Shown here: positions 12,201 to 26,635 of the stretch, piece by piece
Position numbering within the stretch: the stretch's first letter is position 1
How the letters are laid out: each line of letters begins with the position of its first letter
Assembly (NCBI RefSeq): GCF_009914755.1
Contig: NC_060934.1
Origin: the human T2T-CHM13v2.0 reference genome, Homo sapiens
Length of the DNA stretch: 64,000 nt
Direction: 5' to 3' (one strand)
Position numbers and translations under genes: made by a program
The notes under the pieces: model-generated
Told to the model about the DNA's origin: nothing
Seen by the model: the letters and a program-made list of their open reading frames with translations, nothing else
The model's database searches: none

Positions 12201-14964
12201 CAGATGTACATTTGCAGAATTTGGCCTGGGCTGAGAAATTCGCCCTCATGGGACTGCCTAGGAGGAGCCATTTCCCTGCCATCTGTGTTTTCAGATAATA
12301 CTCAAATCTCATACAAATAAAAGCCAAACAAACAAAATAAGGACTTTGTTTCTCTTGGAGATGACTTTTTAAGGACTGTGACAGAGAGTAGCAGGGGGAG
12401 CTCCGGAGGAGTCCTTGAGGGTGCAGAAGCTCCCTTCCCCCTGCAGGAGTCACAGCAGTATGAAAGGGGTAGGGGCAGAGTGTAGACCCAGCCCCAAGTC
12501 GGGCTCAGCCAGGTGCAACAGGATGGCTCCCAGCTGAGCGGTATAGATCCAGGAGAGGATATCGGAGGATGGAAGGAAATCCTGGGCCCAGTGAGTTCCA
12601 TTCTGCAGGCCCAGGCCCCAGGGCAATGGGAAAGTATATTTTAATGCTTAATAAAAGGCCATTACAAATTGTCTATTTCACCCGCCATAAAGTTTTACAC
12701 ACTACCTGAATAGCAGGTTGTTTTGGTTTTGGCTGGCAGTCTGTTGATTCAGTAATGTTGATGGGCAGTTATTTACGTACGGCTTTGATTAAAATAAAAA
12801 ACTAGTTATTTTTAAAGCATGGCCTACTCGGTATAAGGAATTGTACGAGAGAAAATGTATGAGGATTCTTCAGTGGTGCAAAGTTGAAAATGCCAGCACA
12901 AGATTACAGTAGGGAATAGCCACACCACTTTTGGCCTCAGAACCCAGTGGAAGGCAATGTTTAGTTTTGCAAACAACGTAGTCTCAGCTATATCCCTAAT
13001 TAATAGGACTGTTGCCAGGGCTTGTGTGAGAAAGTATGTTAACGCGCTGGTACTGGTGCCTGATCAGATTTGCAAAAGTGCCTTGTGTCATTGCTTGAGG
13101 GATACTGGTATCTCATTAGTATCTTGTGAGGGGATGGTAGGATGGTACAATGGCAAAATGAAGCCATAGTTAGATTTCAGAGATAATCATTTCTCTACGA
13201 CAGCCCAAGATTAAACTGGGAATATGCAGTTCACTTACGTCGACCTTAGTTCCCAAAAGGTTGATAGGATTTCAAAAGAAGATTGTGGGGGAGGCGGGGG
13301 ATTCATGAATTTGATTAAAGGTCTGCATGGAATTACAGAGGAAGGAGGTGAGCTATGATAATCAAATGATGAAAGGAGAAGTTTGATATACACCTAGAAA
13401 ATTGTCCAAATTCTGTCATTAGCGTATAGGGTTTCCATGAGAACTCATCTCTGAGAATATCATATCTGGCTGGACAGATCTTTAATCTTTGACATCAGCT
13501 GAGCGTAACTCAGGAGATGATGTCCAGGTGAAGTGCGCTCGTGAGTTCGGAGCCTGGAGCTTTAGGCCACACAAAAAGCATACAGCATGGGTAGATGTGG
13601 AGAGAGTTCTCCCAGGAACACCAAGGTTCTTCCCCCACACACTAGGAAATAGGGAATGGCTGAGCTGGGGAGAGCCAAGGCCAGGATCAGAGGGAGTCAG
13701 GGCTCTGCCGGATATGGTCTGGTTTGTGCAGGGAAGCGCGCTGGACACTTACAGGAGGGCGGTGTGGGGAGGGAAAGAAGTTTCGTCTGTCCCTCTGCTC
13801 GTTTCAACCATAAATGGTCATAGCATACAGGTGCCTGGGAAGTCTCATTAGTAGTATGACATAAGCTGTTGAAGTTGGTTTGATAATGAAGGAATATTTC
13901 AGGCCCGTACCCTCACCACTCTCACTGCCCACCAGCCGCAGAGATGAAAGAATAAACAGTAAACAGTGCGTGTGGAGATCGCAGAAAGGGACACTGTGAC
14001 AAAGGCTCTCTTTCATGGTCCTCATTGTCCCTGCCTGTCATTACTTCCCATTAACACTCAAAACACACATTTGTGCTGCCATCCCCTCCTCCTCCAGCCT
14101 TAAAAATGCTTGCAATGCCCTCTGTACTTGATCTGCAAAACAAAAATGGTTGGACTGAGTGGCTCTTTCCAATCTTGCAAAACTCTTCTTTGCTGTCCAT
14201 GCATTGTCTGTGGTCATGTCCTATTTAACGAAAATCTCTACACTGTGACTTAACTTGGTTCTGTGATGGGTTAGTCATTTTAGAGTACTTCACGTAGACA
14301 AACGTGGATTATTCAAGCTTTGACTATACCCTTTGAGATTGTCTGGGCATCTGCTTTCCTCTCTGGTTGAGAACCAACAGGGAGCTTAGTACTCATAATT
14401 TTTCCACCGGGAAATGGAGAAAAGAAAGGGCAAGGGGATGGACTCGAACGAGTCAGTTTATTTCCTTGTGTACAGCCCTGGTTTGACAAGAAAGGGTATT
14501 TAACCTAATGAGGTTTCAGGATTTTTGGTGGATTTTTTTATCTATTTGATTCCTGTCCTCAGCTAACATGGGTAAGTGACTCCTCTGTGTTTGTAAATGG
14601 CTTTATAGAGTTGTTTATTTGTTATCCCTTCTAAAAATATTTCAGGTGATGTATCGATAGCATTCACCTTGTTACACTGAGGACATCTCTGAAGTGCCAG
14701 AGATTAAATTAACTTCTCTGACCTCCCTAAGCAAAGCAGTGATGGAACTGGAATTAGAAGTCGTCATTTCTAGGACTCCCCAGTTGGGTTGGCCTCGTGG
14801 TGGTGGATTTAGGTGTCATGCTCACTGCATTGTAGGGTGGAATGGGCGTGGCTTAAGAGGCCAGCACAGCACAACGGGAACAGTCACCGTGAAGGAAGTA
14901 GCTCCTCTTTATGGGTTGCCATGGGGAGGCTCCATGGCTGTGGTTTAATTTTCACAACTCCACA

Positions 14965-15105
14965 GGACATCTGTTGTATACCCTGTTTTACTGACAAGGA
15001 AGCTGAAACTCAAAGAAGATGAGTAACTTGTTTGGGGTTAAACAGCTGGCACCTGACTTTACAGGCAGTTGGGTAGAACCAGTATGTCTGGACTCTAAGC
15101 CAAGG
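14965..15105 (-). mobile_element. MIR fragment
   Basis: ccctgttttactgacaaggaagctgaaactcaaagaagatgagtaacttg resembles the reverse-complement MIR core. Confidence 0.65.
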
Positions 15106-15367
15106 AACTTTCCATTCTGCTGTGTGTTGGTGCAGGCTTGCCGGTCCCGGCGAGTGGTCCTGGCAGGTGGAGGGCCTCAGAAGGACCACATTTGCCCCTT
15201 TGGCACTGTCACAAGGTAAATCTAAATCCTCAGTCCTGCCCCACTCCTGCAGCTCGTCATAGATGTGGAACAGCAGGACCATGACAGTTCTGGCTGTGTC
15301 AGATGGCATGGACCTGCTGACAGGGTGCAGCAGCATGAACCTAGAAGTCAGCTGGGCAGGCAGTGGC

Positions 15368-15397
15368 CACACAAACACACACACACACACACACACA
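15368..15397 (+). repeat. (CA)n microsatellite
   Basis: About 14-15 CA units with one interruption. Confidence 0.95.
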
Positions 15398-17769
15398 CGA
15401 GCTGGCCCTGCCACAGCAGGGGCATCGGGGCACCTGGCAGCGGCTGTGCCCAAGGTGGGAAGCCATGTTCCCTTGCACAGGTCCTGAAAAACATTCAGCG
15501 AGCGAGGCAAGGTATTTGCTAGAGACTTTTGGGTGTGAAGTTACTAACACGGAGCTTTCTAAGAGGAAGTGATAGATCAAAGACAGTCATCACTGTAAGA
15601 GGTACTGCTTTGCGAAAGTGATTATAAATGCACCATCTTTCTTCAGCAGCATCATCGCATTGACATTCATGTTATTAGGGTGCATTTCTTTATCTGCATC
15701 CACAGGCTTTCAGTCCCAATCCACAATCTGCATTTTAATGCCCAGCTCCGTCCAACTGTCCTCGCCATTGCTCTGCTTCCGTGTTCCACAGACAGGGGAA
15801 GGGCAAGTATGGAGGCTCACCCTGGAAGAGTGAGCAGGACTCTGTTACCTGCAACCCCAAGCTTTAGGCAGCAGGACAAGAGGCCGAGGTTGTGAAACAA
15901 ACGGAAACCTCAACCTGCCTGCCATCATCACACCCTCCTGCCCTGAAAACTCCTGGAGGCCTTTAGAAAGGAACTGTTCTACCCTGTTGTTTTACTAATG
16001 AGGAAGTGATGGTCCAAGCAGTCAAGTCTGCATAACCATCTAAGCTTCTGAATCTGCTGCTGCCGACAAGGGACCAGACTCACCACCACAAACCAGGGCA
16101 CTGAGAGGTAGAACCAGGCAGCCCACGCCACAGATGGCACAGCAGGATGAACACGGCCCCATGAGACAGCGCTGCTGCTCTCCGCATCACAGCAAAGTCA
16201 AGGCAAAGGAGGATGGGTGCCAGGGGTGCCTCTGCATGAAGTGCTGGAAGCTTGGACATTCCTAGGCCAGTTAGGATCAAAGGCTGAGCACTGGCTGCGA
16301 TATTAGGGCCAGTTCTGGGTTGGCTCTGTCTAGCCATCACATTGTGGTTTTTGCTGTTATCTGCTGTTAGATTCGGCCGGAATCTAAGGGATAGAGATGT
16401 ATCATGAGGTGGAAGCTCAGGCTACCTCTATCTTAGTTACAACAGTCAGAGCTCATGATGTCATGGTGGCCTCTGGCAGCTTGGGTTAGACCAGGTGGTT
16501 ATTTGCCACCTGTAGGCTGGCACTTTCTACAACACTGTCACGCATCAGGGACGAGGGTACCGAGTGAGAGCAAAGGATAGGCTCCTGCAAACTCATCTCC
16601 TCTCCTGGAGGCTTAACTGAGTGACTGTGGGTCGCTGGGTGTATTTTAATCTGTGACATTCCACACTTTGTGTACTCACCAGCACATACACGGTATTATT
16701 GTTTCCTCAGAAGAGTGTGTATTTAAATACCTGCCAGGAAACTGTGCAGGTATTTCACATTAAGTAGCATATGGGGCTCAGTGTAGTCAAGAAGTCACAG
16801 GGATTAGGAAAGAGAAAATGAATTGCTGTCATTCTATATATGTTATATGCTTAGTAAATGTCAGAACAGTAGTCACAGAACCTCAGGATGTTTCTAGCAT
16901 ATTTTGGCTTATAAATGTTTTGTCTACATAATGGATATCTATCAGTAGCTTTCAGAATTCAAGTAATTTTAATGAAATAACACTAAATGTTCAAGTATTA
17001 AAAGTAGTGGTAACAGTTAACAGCTATTGAGTGTTTACTATGTCCTCAGAACTATGCCAAGAACTTTATATATACTTGATCTCACATAAAAAACAAATAA
17101 GGTAGTAATTTGTCTTCCTTACCTGTTTGCCTTTTCAACTAGAAGCCTATTGTTCTACATTCAAGAAAGTGAAAGTGGCTACACCTCTTAGAGAACATTT
17201 CTTTAATGATACATCAGTGAGTATCTTTTATGGGTAATAATCTACCTATTTTAACTAGATACAAGTATGATAAGAAAGAGACCTTTCAGTTAACTGAAGC
17301 TAAGCTCATCCTGTCTTCCTTACATTGCTAATATCTGACTTACAATTTACGAATATTTGTAAGGTGTCATTTAAGTAGGTGTGGAAGCATTAGCCTAGAT
17401 TTTGACTAGTTCTTTGGTGTCTTCTGCAGCTCATAGAGGCACTATAATCACAACCCCCACCCGCGCCCCTCGCAAAAAAAAAAAAAAAAAAAAAACTTGG
17501 AACCACCATTTTATCATTTGAGAATCTCAGTCACTGAGTTAACCTGAATCACTCCTAAGGCAGAGTTACCAAGATTTTAAAAACTCTGCAGGTCACTGAC
17601 AAAAACTAAGTATCATCAGTAAGGAAAATACTTAAGAGAGAATCAAAAGCCCAGGAAATCCTGTAGCTGATTTCAGTCGGTTCTCGTTTCTTTGAATGTT
17701 ATGTGGGTCAACAGAGGAAGAAAGGACCTGTGCAGGAAAGTAGGCCGGATGGAATTATAGATCACAGAC

Positions 17770-17925
17770 CCTAGAAGCACGTCCTGTCCAAGCTCCTCAC
17801 TTGATAGATGAGGAAGCTGGAGCCCAGGAAGGTGGGAGGACAGGTGAGATGCTGAAGGTCACACCAGTCAGTGCTGGGGTGAGTACAGATCACATCTCCT
17901 AACTCCGAGCCTGTTGCTCTTTTCA
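17770..17925 (-). mobile_element. MIR fragment
   Basis: ctcctcacttgatagatgaggaagctggagcccagg...aaggtcacacc matches the MIR core. Confidence 0.6.
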
Positions 17926-18219
17926 GCAAACCATGCCCCCGTGATTTCTCTGCAAGGTTATGCCAAGCATGTCACCTTAAAGAATCAGAAATCCAGAATC
18001 CAAATTTCCAGTCTGTGTGTAGCATTTCATTCCATGACTTGAGGCTGTTGAACTTGGTGTTTTCTTTTTCTCATTTCCATTCTCTGGGAAAGACCCAGAA
18101 ACCTAATAAGATTCTTCCTGGCCATCTACCCAAAATGATATGTGCAGTAGATGAACTTATAAAGAACCGATGAAGACAAAGGAAAGCGGTCCTTTGTACT
18201 TCAGTCCATTTGCATATAA

Positions 18220-18708
<489 letters not shown>

Positions 18709-18834
18709 TGAACCATTGTTGACCCCAAGGGCTAGGTGGTGGTGACATAACTTGTTTTCATCTTCCGCTTTCATCTGGATGTACAGGCACTGACTCTGAC
18801 CTGCTCATCATCTTCCCACAGGTACACTGGAGTC

Positions 18835-19120
18835 TTGGTACTCAAGCAGCAGTCACGTCATCTGAGAAAGTGTTAGAAGTGCAGCCTTGCAGGCCCTCCC
18901 CCAGGACCTGCATTTGAACTAGATCCCTGGGTCTTACACGTTCACACAGAAATAATCATGTGAGGTGACAGATACGTTAACTAGCTTGATTGTGATCATC
19001 ATTTCACAGTGCGTCTGTGTGTCAGAACATCACTCTGAAAAAATTAATTTTTTTTTTAATTGAAAATACTGAATCCTGGGTGACATGGATACATAGCAAA
19101 GTTTGAGAAGTGCTGTTCTG
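18835..19120. mobile_element. Second MER5-like element carrying an inserted L1M 3'-end fragment (about 18940-19068, + strand)
   Basis: MER5-like flanks (gttagaagtgcagccttgcaggccctccccaggacct ... aaagtttgagaagtgctg). The insert atgtgaggtgacagatacgttaactagcttgattgtgatcatcatttcacagtg resembles an L1MA/MB 3'UTR. Degenerate flanking duplication actagatccctgggt / actgaatcctgggt. Confidence 0.65.
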
Positions 19121-20746
19121 TAGAACCGGTCCTCTCCGATGCTCTTTCCCTGGGAGTCCCTCACAGGGTGCACTGTAGGGCAACCCCGTTTGTGTGTGCA
19201 CACACACTTCTCGCAAGTGCTGGGTTGCTGTGTTCCCTCATCTGAGTACCAAAGTCAAGAGAGATCCTCTGGAGAGGCTGCCACCCTCCCTGTTTCCTTC
19301 CAGACATTCTGAAGGTGGGGTGGAGTAGGGCAGCCTGACTATGGAGGACAGGAGGTGAGAAAGTAAATGGAGATGTGAGGACATGCTGGTTTTTCCAGCA
19401 TCCTTGAATGAGCAACTGGGTTTTTCCCTCCCAACCATCCTCTAAATTGTGGGAAATCTCTGAGTGGGACTTACATAGAATTAATGTGTGTCAGACTGTA
19501 AGGGGATGAATGGAAATGCTGCTATTTTAAGCACAGTTTTTCTGGCCAGAACAAGCTAATTCTAAAGCATGAGGAACAATTTTCTGCCACAAAGAGTTAA
19601 TCTGTAATACTCAGCAGCTCATTTCCACCTTGCAGAAAGCATCGGAGTGTAGAGTCCTGCTGTTTCATCATTCACGGACTCGAAATTCGTTACCAGGAAA
19701 GCAAAGCATTTATTACCCTGTGTCTCCTGCTATCCGCAGCTTGAGAGACTTTTGCTGACAAAGAAAATGTAACTACCACATGAATGCTAGAGTGGAATAT
19801 ACTATTGCCTGATGAGGGATGCTGGGTCTATGTATGTTTTTGCAATTTGGGAGGCTTAAAAAGAATGTCATCTGCCCTGAACAGTGTAAGATTTCCCCTT
19901 GAGTGAGTTCTGAGTTCTTGTTTTTCATTCTTCCTTCTTGTGAATCTGGAGAAGTTTTTCACATTGTGGGTTATTCCTAATTATTGTAGCTACAACAAAC
20001 ATCCTGGATTGTAGTCTGTAAGGACAAAATCATTTGTTGCTGCATAAAACCTGAACTTAACCATGGTCAGCGTTTGCCTAAATCAGCAGCTGCTGCTTAT
20101 TAGACCAGCATCAAAGAGTGAGCTGCAGTTGGGCGACCAAATAAGAAACAAAGTGATTAGAAGATCCTTGTGGAACAGGAAGCAGAGTGGGGCAAGACAA
20201 GAGAGAGCATATACCCAGGGGAGGAGACAAGCTAGGGTATCATATCTGCTTGATGGGGTGTCAGCCCTGAGCAGAGAAGGGGATCCGGAAGGAGTATGTG
20301 GGCTGGAAGATAAAAAGGACCAGGGTTCCTGCAGAACTTACAGAAGCACACACATTGTGTCCATTTTGCTCATTGCAACCAAATGATTAACTCTTCAGAA
20401 AAAAAAAAATCCTGTTTACTTAGTTTGTATATGGTTGCTTTCTTTTTTTTTTTTTTTCCCAAAAAGGCAAGAAACGTTTAGTCTTTGATAGAGGAGACAG
20501 CTTTCCAAACAACGGGACTCAATAAAGACAGCATGAGGTCAACTGAACCTGATCCTGTCTCTTCTCTTTCCCCTCTCTTCTCTCCATTTTACCTGCAGTG
20601 CACTCAAAGGCAAAAAAATAAAAAATAAAAAAATAAATTAAAATCTTTCATCATCTCAATATTACATAAAAATTGTGTTCAAAAGAGAAAACCAAATTTT
20701 ACCTTTGCATTCATGTATTATTAGTGTTAAGTACCACCGCCCAATC

Positions 20747-20980
20747 TTTTTTTTTATTATACTTTAAGTTTTAGGGTACATGTGCACAACGTGAAGGTTT
20801 GTTACTTATGTGTACATGTGCCATGTTGGTGTGCTGCACCCATTAACTCGTCAGTTAACATTAGGTATATCTCCTAATGCTATCCCTCCCCTCTCCCCCC
20901 ACCCCACAACAGGCCCCGGTGTGTGATGTTCCCCTTCCTGTGTCCATGTGTTCTCATTGTTCAGTTCCCACCTATGAGTG
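20747..20980 (-). mobile_element. 5'-truncated primate L1PA 3' end (about 234 bp)
   Basis: ttttattatactttaagttttagggtacatgtgcacaacgtg...cattaggtatatctcctaatgctatccctccc...cccacctatgagtg, close to the young L1PA 3'UTR consensus. Confidence 0.95.
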
Positions 20981-21468
20981 CTGTCTTTCATTCTCACATT
21001 CCTGTACTCATTTCTGTTGTTTCAGTATCTGATTAGAGCTGAATTAATGTAGTCGGGGCTAAAAAATAGCTTCTATCTCTCAGTGACACATTTTTGGAGA
21101 CTCATAAGCCTCATTGTTTTCTCATCAGTGACAACTTTGTCTCTGAGTCAGATGACTCGAGTCTCCTTCACCCGTGATCTTGGGGGGAAAAAATAGAAGT
21201 GAGTAACTCACACAGCCACAGGACCAAGTGATCACAATCACAGCATCCACTCATTAGTGGAAATGAGCTCTGGACTCAGTCCAGTTGACGAATGGTAAAA
21301 TCTATGGCTCAGAAAGAAGGGAAAGAGCAGTGCTGAAGATGTTTGAGTTCTTGGGGTGATCTTTGTAGCTCCTCCTGAGATGTGCCTTGATGATGTTGCC
21401 TTGATGATGTTGCATGGTACTGATTTCAAGGACACACCACGCTATATTTTTACATAATCTGCTTCAGA

Positions 21469-21545
21469 GGAGTTAGCCCACATTCATGGATAGGAGATGG
21501 CCCACATTCATGGATAGGAGATAGCCCACATTCATGGATGGGAGA
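21469..21545 (+). repeat. 24-bp tandem repeat, about 3.2 copies
   Basis: Unit GCCCACATTCATGGATAGGAGATR starts at 21476, 21500 and 21524. Confidence 0.95.
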
Positions 21546-22994
21546 AGAAAAATGGCAGAGCATGCTGCATATGTGGCGGGACTGTCATGAGGCTGTCAGA
21601 GTCAATTGTGCCAGGTTCCCAATTCCCAGAGCAGCATCCCGGAGTCTTGTTTAGTCATGATCTTCAGCCTCTTGACAGCATTTGGTTAGCAGACACTATA
21701 GCTTGGACTCCTTGGATGTGTTCATAGGCATTTTATCTTGACTCTGTTCTCTAAACATGGCACACTCTGTAAGTTTCATTGTAATGTGGCTATTAAACAT
21801 GTCCACTGTACATTAAGATTTACTGGGAAAGAAAACCTACCTAGAATTCAGTAAAATTCTAACTAATGAAAGAGTAAATACACCAGCTGTTCAGGCCCAA
21901 CACTGATTTTTAAAAGGGCAGATTGGGCCTGGGCTACAGCTCAGAATGTTGAAGAGGCTGGATTGGAGCAGAGCTGAGGGAAAAAGAGAAAAAGACACCT
22001 TACGCCATGGGCTTTCACACACGCAGGAGAAACAAACGCTGTCTCCTAAGTTACAGGAACTTGGGTGTACTTTTTCAGAGACTGCAAGTAAAGGGTGTGA
22101 TCAAATGCTGCCCTTTAAACACTGACATGCCCCGAGTTCTGTTTTCACTGCTTTCTTCTCACGCCGCGTGATTTCTTTAGGTCCCAGTGATCCCAGGCTT
22201 CCGCTACCTCTACAGGCTGCTGCCAGCCAAATGTTTATCTGAAAATCGGGCTTCTCTGCTAAACCCCAGACTTAGATACCCAGTATCTGCTATTGAACAG
22301 ATCCATTCAAATGGTCTACAGGAAATTCCAGTACTAAAATTACTATTAACCAGGTCTTCCTCCTGTATTGCCCATCTTAAGTGAATTGGTGGGTCAGCCA
22401 AAGCCAAACGCAAGAAATGGTCTTCCTCATCTCCTCTTCCTACATACACTTCACCTTTCTAACCCCCAACCTCCAACAGTGAAGATACCGGGATGCTACC
22501 TTAATGGCACCTCTAGAATTGCTCCGTCTTTATCAAGTTGGGACTCACCAGTTGTCATTAGGGGTAATAAAGGCACAGCAAGGGTGAGGGGATTTGGGAG
22601 GTTATCCCTGTAATCCCCATGCTTCCTAGTATTCTAGATGCTCTCTAGAATGGGAGAGGTGGGTGTGCCAGAGTTGTACATCACCCCCTACACCCACAGG
22701 CATATGTGAACATTGCTGCATCTTGTATCAGAAAAATCAGATGTGACTGCTGAGTTTGAAGGGTGAGATCCACGCTCTATACTGTGCCCCTACCTTTTTC
22801 TTCAGCTTCTGGGACATTTTTGCTCATGTGCTGTGTCCCAGCTGTATGATACGAGACACACATTTGGTGTCTTATCCTGGGAAGGTAGAGGTGAACATTG
22901 CTTCATTGTAATTTACTGTGTCACATGGTTCAATTTATCCTGTCACCTGCTGTTCTTCATTCCCCTCCATGGCTGAGGTCTCAGCTGCTCCTGT

Positions 22995-23092
22995 TCTGAG
23001 CTCCAAACTCCTTGAGAGGGAACATTGTCAGAGCCCGGCTTAACACCTCACACCATAGATAGTGCTCAACAAATGTTTGTTGAATAGATGAA
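22995..23092 (+). mobile_element. L2 3'-end fragment
   Basis: aaactccttgagaggga...atagtgctcaacaaatgtttgttgaatagatgaa matches the L2 terminus. Confidence 0.65.
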
Positions 23093-23151
23093 CTCTGAAG
23101 AACAGCTTTTATTCATAGACACTCTTTCAACATAAAAAAAATTCAAGTTCT

Positions 23152-23453
<302 letters not shown>

Positions 23454-25403
23454 TTCAAGTTCTTTACAAACTGGTGGGTGGGGGTGAGAGGAGGCAGGGA
23501 GATCTTGATCCCCTCATCCCCATCGCAATCCTTTCCATCAGGTAGATCCGCCCTCCACAGACAACAAACGCAGTAGAGACAGGAAGCCCTGCAGAGTTAA
23601 AAAGGCACTTTTTACTCTAATTATAATCCTTAACTGAATGAAGAAGAGGGTTGACAATCCCTACGTCACTTTACATTTTACTGTGTACTTTCATATATAT
23701 TTTCTTATTCAGTCCTCACAATGATGCAGTGAGTTTTCTGGTACAATCCCTGCTTCAAACATGAGTTTACCAAGTTTTAACGAGGTCAAGCAACTTGACT
23801 CACATACTTGGAATTGGCAGAGTCAGCATTCAAACTCAGACCTTACGCTTCTGTGATGTTCTTTCCACTAACAAAAAACAAACATAAAGACAAAAACAAA
23901 ACAGACATAAAGACAAAAAAAACAAAGCAAACATAAAGAGGCAAGCTTCGCAAGTCCCCATTAAATGCTACATTTCCACAGTTGTTAGAAATTATGAAAG
24001 TAGAAGCTATGTCACCACAGGTCAAGTGCTGTCAATAAAGAGTTCTTGCTTTACTCCTTAACATAAAATCTCTCCCACATGCTTGTCTCACATATTCCTC
24101 ATCTGTGTTTACCTTTGCCATTTCAATTTCAGTTACGTGCGGTATATCTGAAGGCCTAATCCTTGAATTTTCTCTTTAAAAGATTGAACTTGAAGATAAG
24201 CATATTTATAGAACAATTGAACCTTAGTCATAATTTCTCTAAGCTCTACCAACCAGTATTTTCCAAAGTTGGTGAACAATCTCACACATTAGAATAGAAG
24301 GTAGAAATCAAAATGAGTGAAATTAAACTCAAACTCATGAAGACTGAGCAACGCTGGAGGAGAGCTCTTTGTTTAGCAAAATACCAAGCAAAGTCAGTGC
24401 AACTATGGAAGACGAGATGAATAAATGTAGCTGCTGAAAACAATATCTGATGTCTTGCTCAGATGTTTAATGGATTTGCATTTTAAACATGGGTAATAAG
24501 AAATAGCCCTTAAGGCACTTTGTAAAACTTGCCATTTATTTTTAGGAGAGAAGTTTTTTTTGGGGGGTGGGGGGACAGCCTTGTTTGTTTAAAAGGAAAA
24601 AAACAGATATTTAATCATTTTTGCTTAAACGTGAGTAAGAATGGGGAATTACCCTAGTTATGTTTTCATTCACTCAGTACAACTCCCAAAGGCCATGGAG
24701 GTAAATGAATGGAAAAAGATTGCTGAGTGAGGTGTGGTATTTATGTGTCTGTCGTAAATGAAGTTGTCATTCCTAAACCAATGAAATCATACATTTTTTA
24801 TGAGAGGTTGCAACTTGCAGAGAGGTGGAAATGTTAGACACTAATTAATAAACGTGGCTGGCAAAGCAACTCAGACAACTCAGGACTCATAAACTAAGCT
24901 ATGGGAGGATCATTAGAATACGAAATTCAGTAGTGCTTTTCCATTGATTTCATGAAATGCCCGTATCCTGTCAGAAGGTTCAAGATAAAATACAATTGGC
25001 TTAAATTTTCCAAGTTAGTTTTGAACCAGAGATTTTAAAGATTTGCTTGTTAGAGGGGTATTCTTGTGGTGGCTTTAGATTGTCTTAAAGTTCAAAGGAA
25101 ACTAGAGATTACTGGATAAGCATCAATAACATTAACAGAGCATTGAAGCTGCCTGGAGTGGATGGAGGATGCCTTGCGTTGTGCAGGAAACACTCATCAA
25201 TTCTGTGGTTTGTTTAGAGGGTAGTGTTGTTTTAAGTCATCAAGTCACTGTTTAACTTGAATTGAAACTAGTAAATACTGCAGATGAATTACTGGATAGC
25301 TTTCCAAACCTTAAAAAAGAAAGTCTACAAAAGTGGAACTTCTTGGACCTTTTAATGAGTTATCTGAAAAGAAGAGAATGTGGTTTCATTCGTATGCAAT
25401 ATA

Positions 25404-25492
25404 TAAGGTTGAACCATATGAAACGGTCACTATTAACCCATGTTTTTAAAAAACTACAAAAACGGCAATTTCACAGCAATTACCCAACCTAA
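25404..25492. mobile_element. MADE2 mariner-derived MITE
   Basis: taaggttgaaccatatgaaa ... ctacaaaaacggcaatttca...caacctaa; terminal inverted repeats match the recalled MADE2 consensus. Confidence 0.8.
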
Positions 25493-25689
25493 CTTGAAGT
25501 ATAGCTGTTTCTGTATAATAAATGTAGAACAGTTAGATTGGCAAAGGAAATACGTGTGTACGTGCATGAGAAGGGTCATTGTGCCGTTGTGTGGATAAAC
25601 ACACAGCAGAAGTTCATGGAATAGGGGGTTGCCTGATTCCACTAGAAGAGAGAGTGATGGAATAATGCGAAATAGGCCTGAAAAGAGAG

Positions 25690-25940
25690 CTGAGGGTCAA
25701 AGCATGGAATTCCCTGAAATACATGCCAAGGAGCTGGATATTAATTTGGTAGATAAGTCAAAGTCTTTGAGTGGGGGAGAAAAATTTCTAGACTGAGTTT
25801 TAGACAGATTAAAAAGGCAATGGTGTAGAAGATGGAAGGCAATGACCAGAACTGGTGAGGAGGCTGTTTCGGGGATCCAGGTGAGCAGGAATGAAAACCT
25901 CACTAGGGCTGTAGCCGTGGAAATAGAAAAGTCTATGAGA
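25690..25940 (-). mobile_element. L2 fragment
   Basis: ggaaggcaatgaccagaactggtgaggaggctgtttcggggatccaggtgag...ctagggctgtagccgtggaaatag is typical antisense L2. Confidence 0.55.
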
Positions 25941-26635
25941 AGGAAAAGAAATTAGGAGAGAGAGAGAGAGCTAAACTGAGGATTTCAAGGGGTAGAAAAT
26001 TAAGCAAATTTAGAGCCACGCCAGAGTGTTAGGTGAGAGGTCTGAGAAGCTGGAAGAGCTGCCCCCATCCCGGGGTTGATGTCCCCATAAGCCGTGGTCT
26101 CTGTCCAGCTTCTCAAGTTCTCTGTGGGGTACCCAGATTCAGGTCATTTCCTATGGGGTGAGGCAGGAGTGTGGCTGGAAGAGTCTGAGTAGTAGGTCAT
26201 CCTGGGAAGCAGTGTAAGAGATCAGGGTGGACAGAGTCGAGCCCTGCAAAGAGGCTCAGAAGATCCAGGTGAGGAGACTTGTTCCCAATTTGAGGCCAGC
26301 ACATGTACCAGGTCGTCAAGGGGAGCCCAGGTGCAAGGGCTGCTTCAGCCCCACTAGCATCTCCACACTGGGTGAGGGTTACAAGGGAGGCTGGGGGTCA
26401 GCCACTCACTGGCTTTTGGGGCTTTGTTCATCCCAGTTCCCAAGATGTCGAGAACTGAGTCACAGTGAGCCCCACCTGACAACAGCTGGCACTGGGGAGG
26501 GCACCGAAGGCTGAGGGAGCACTGAGGCCCCAGGCAGCGTCACGGCCAGAGACAAATGTCACAAGGATGATTTGTTGTTAAACCACAACTCGTTTCTCTT
26601 AAAATATGAGAGAATACTGTTTGTCGGTATATGTT

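Noticed and set aside
21469-21545. CRISPR-like repeat
   Set aside because: Head-to-tail copies with no spacers, in a eukaryotic intron.
21893-21931. 9-bp inverted repeat caggcccaa...ttgggcctg
   Set aside because: Too short for a pre-miRNA; expected by chance at this window size.
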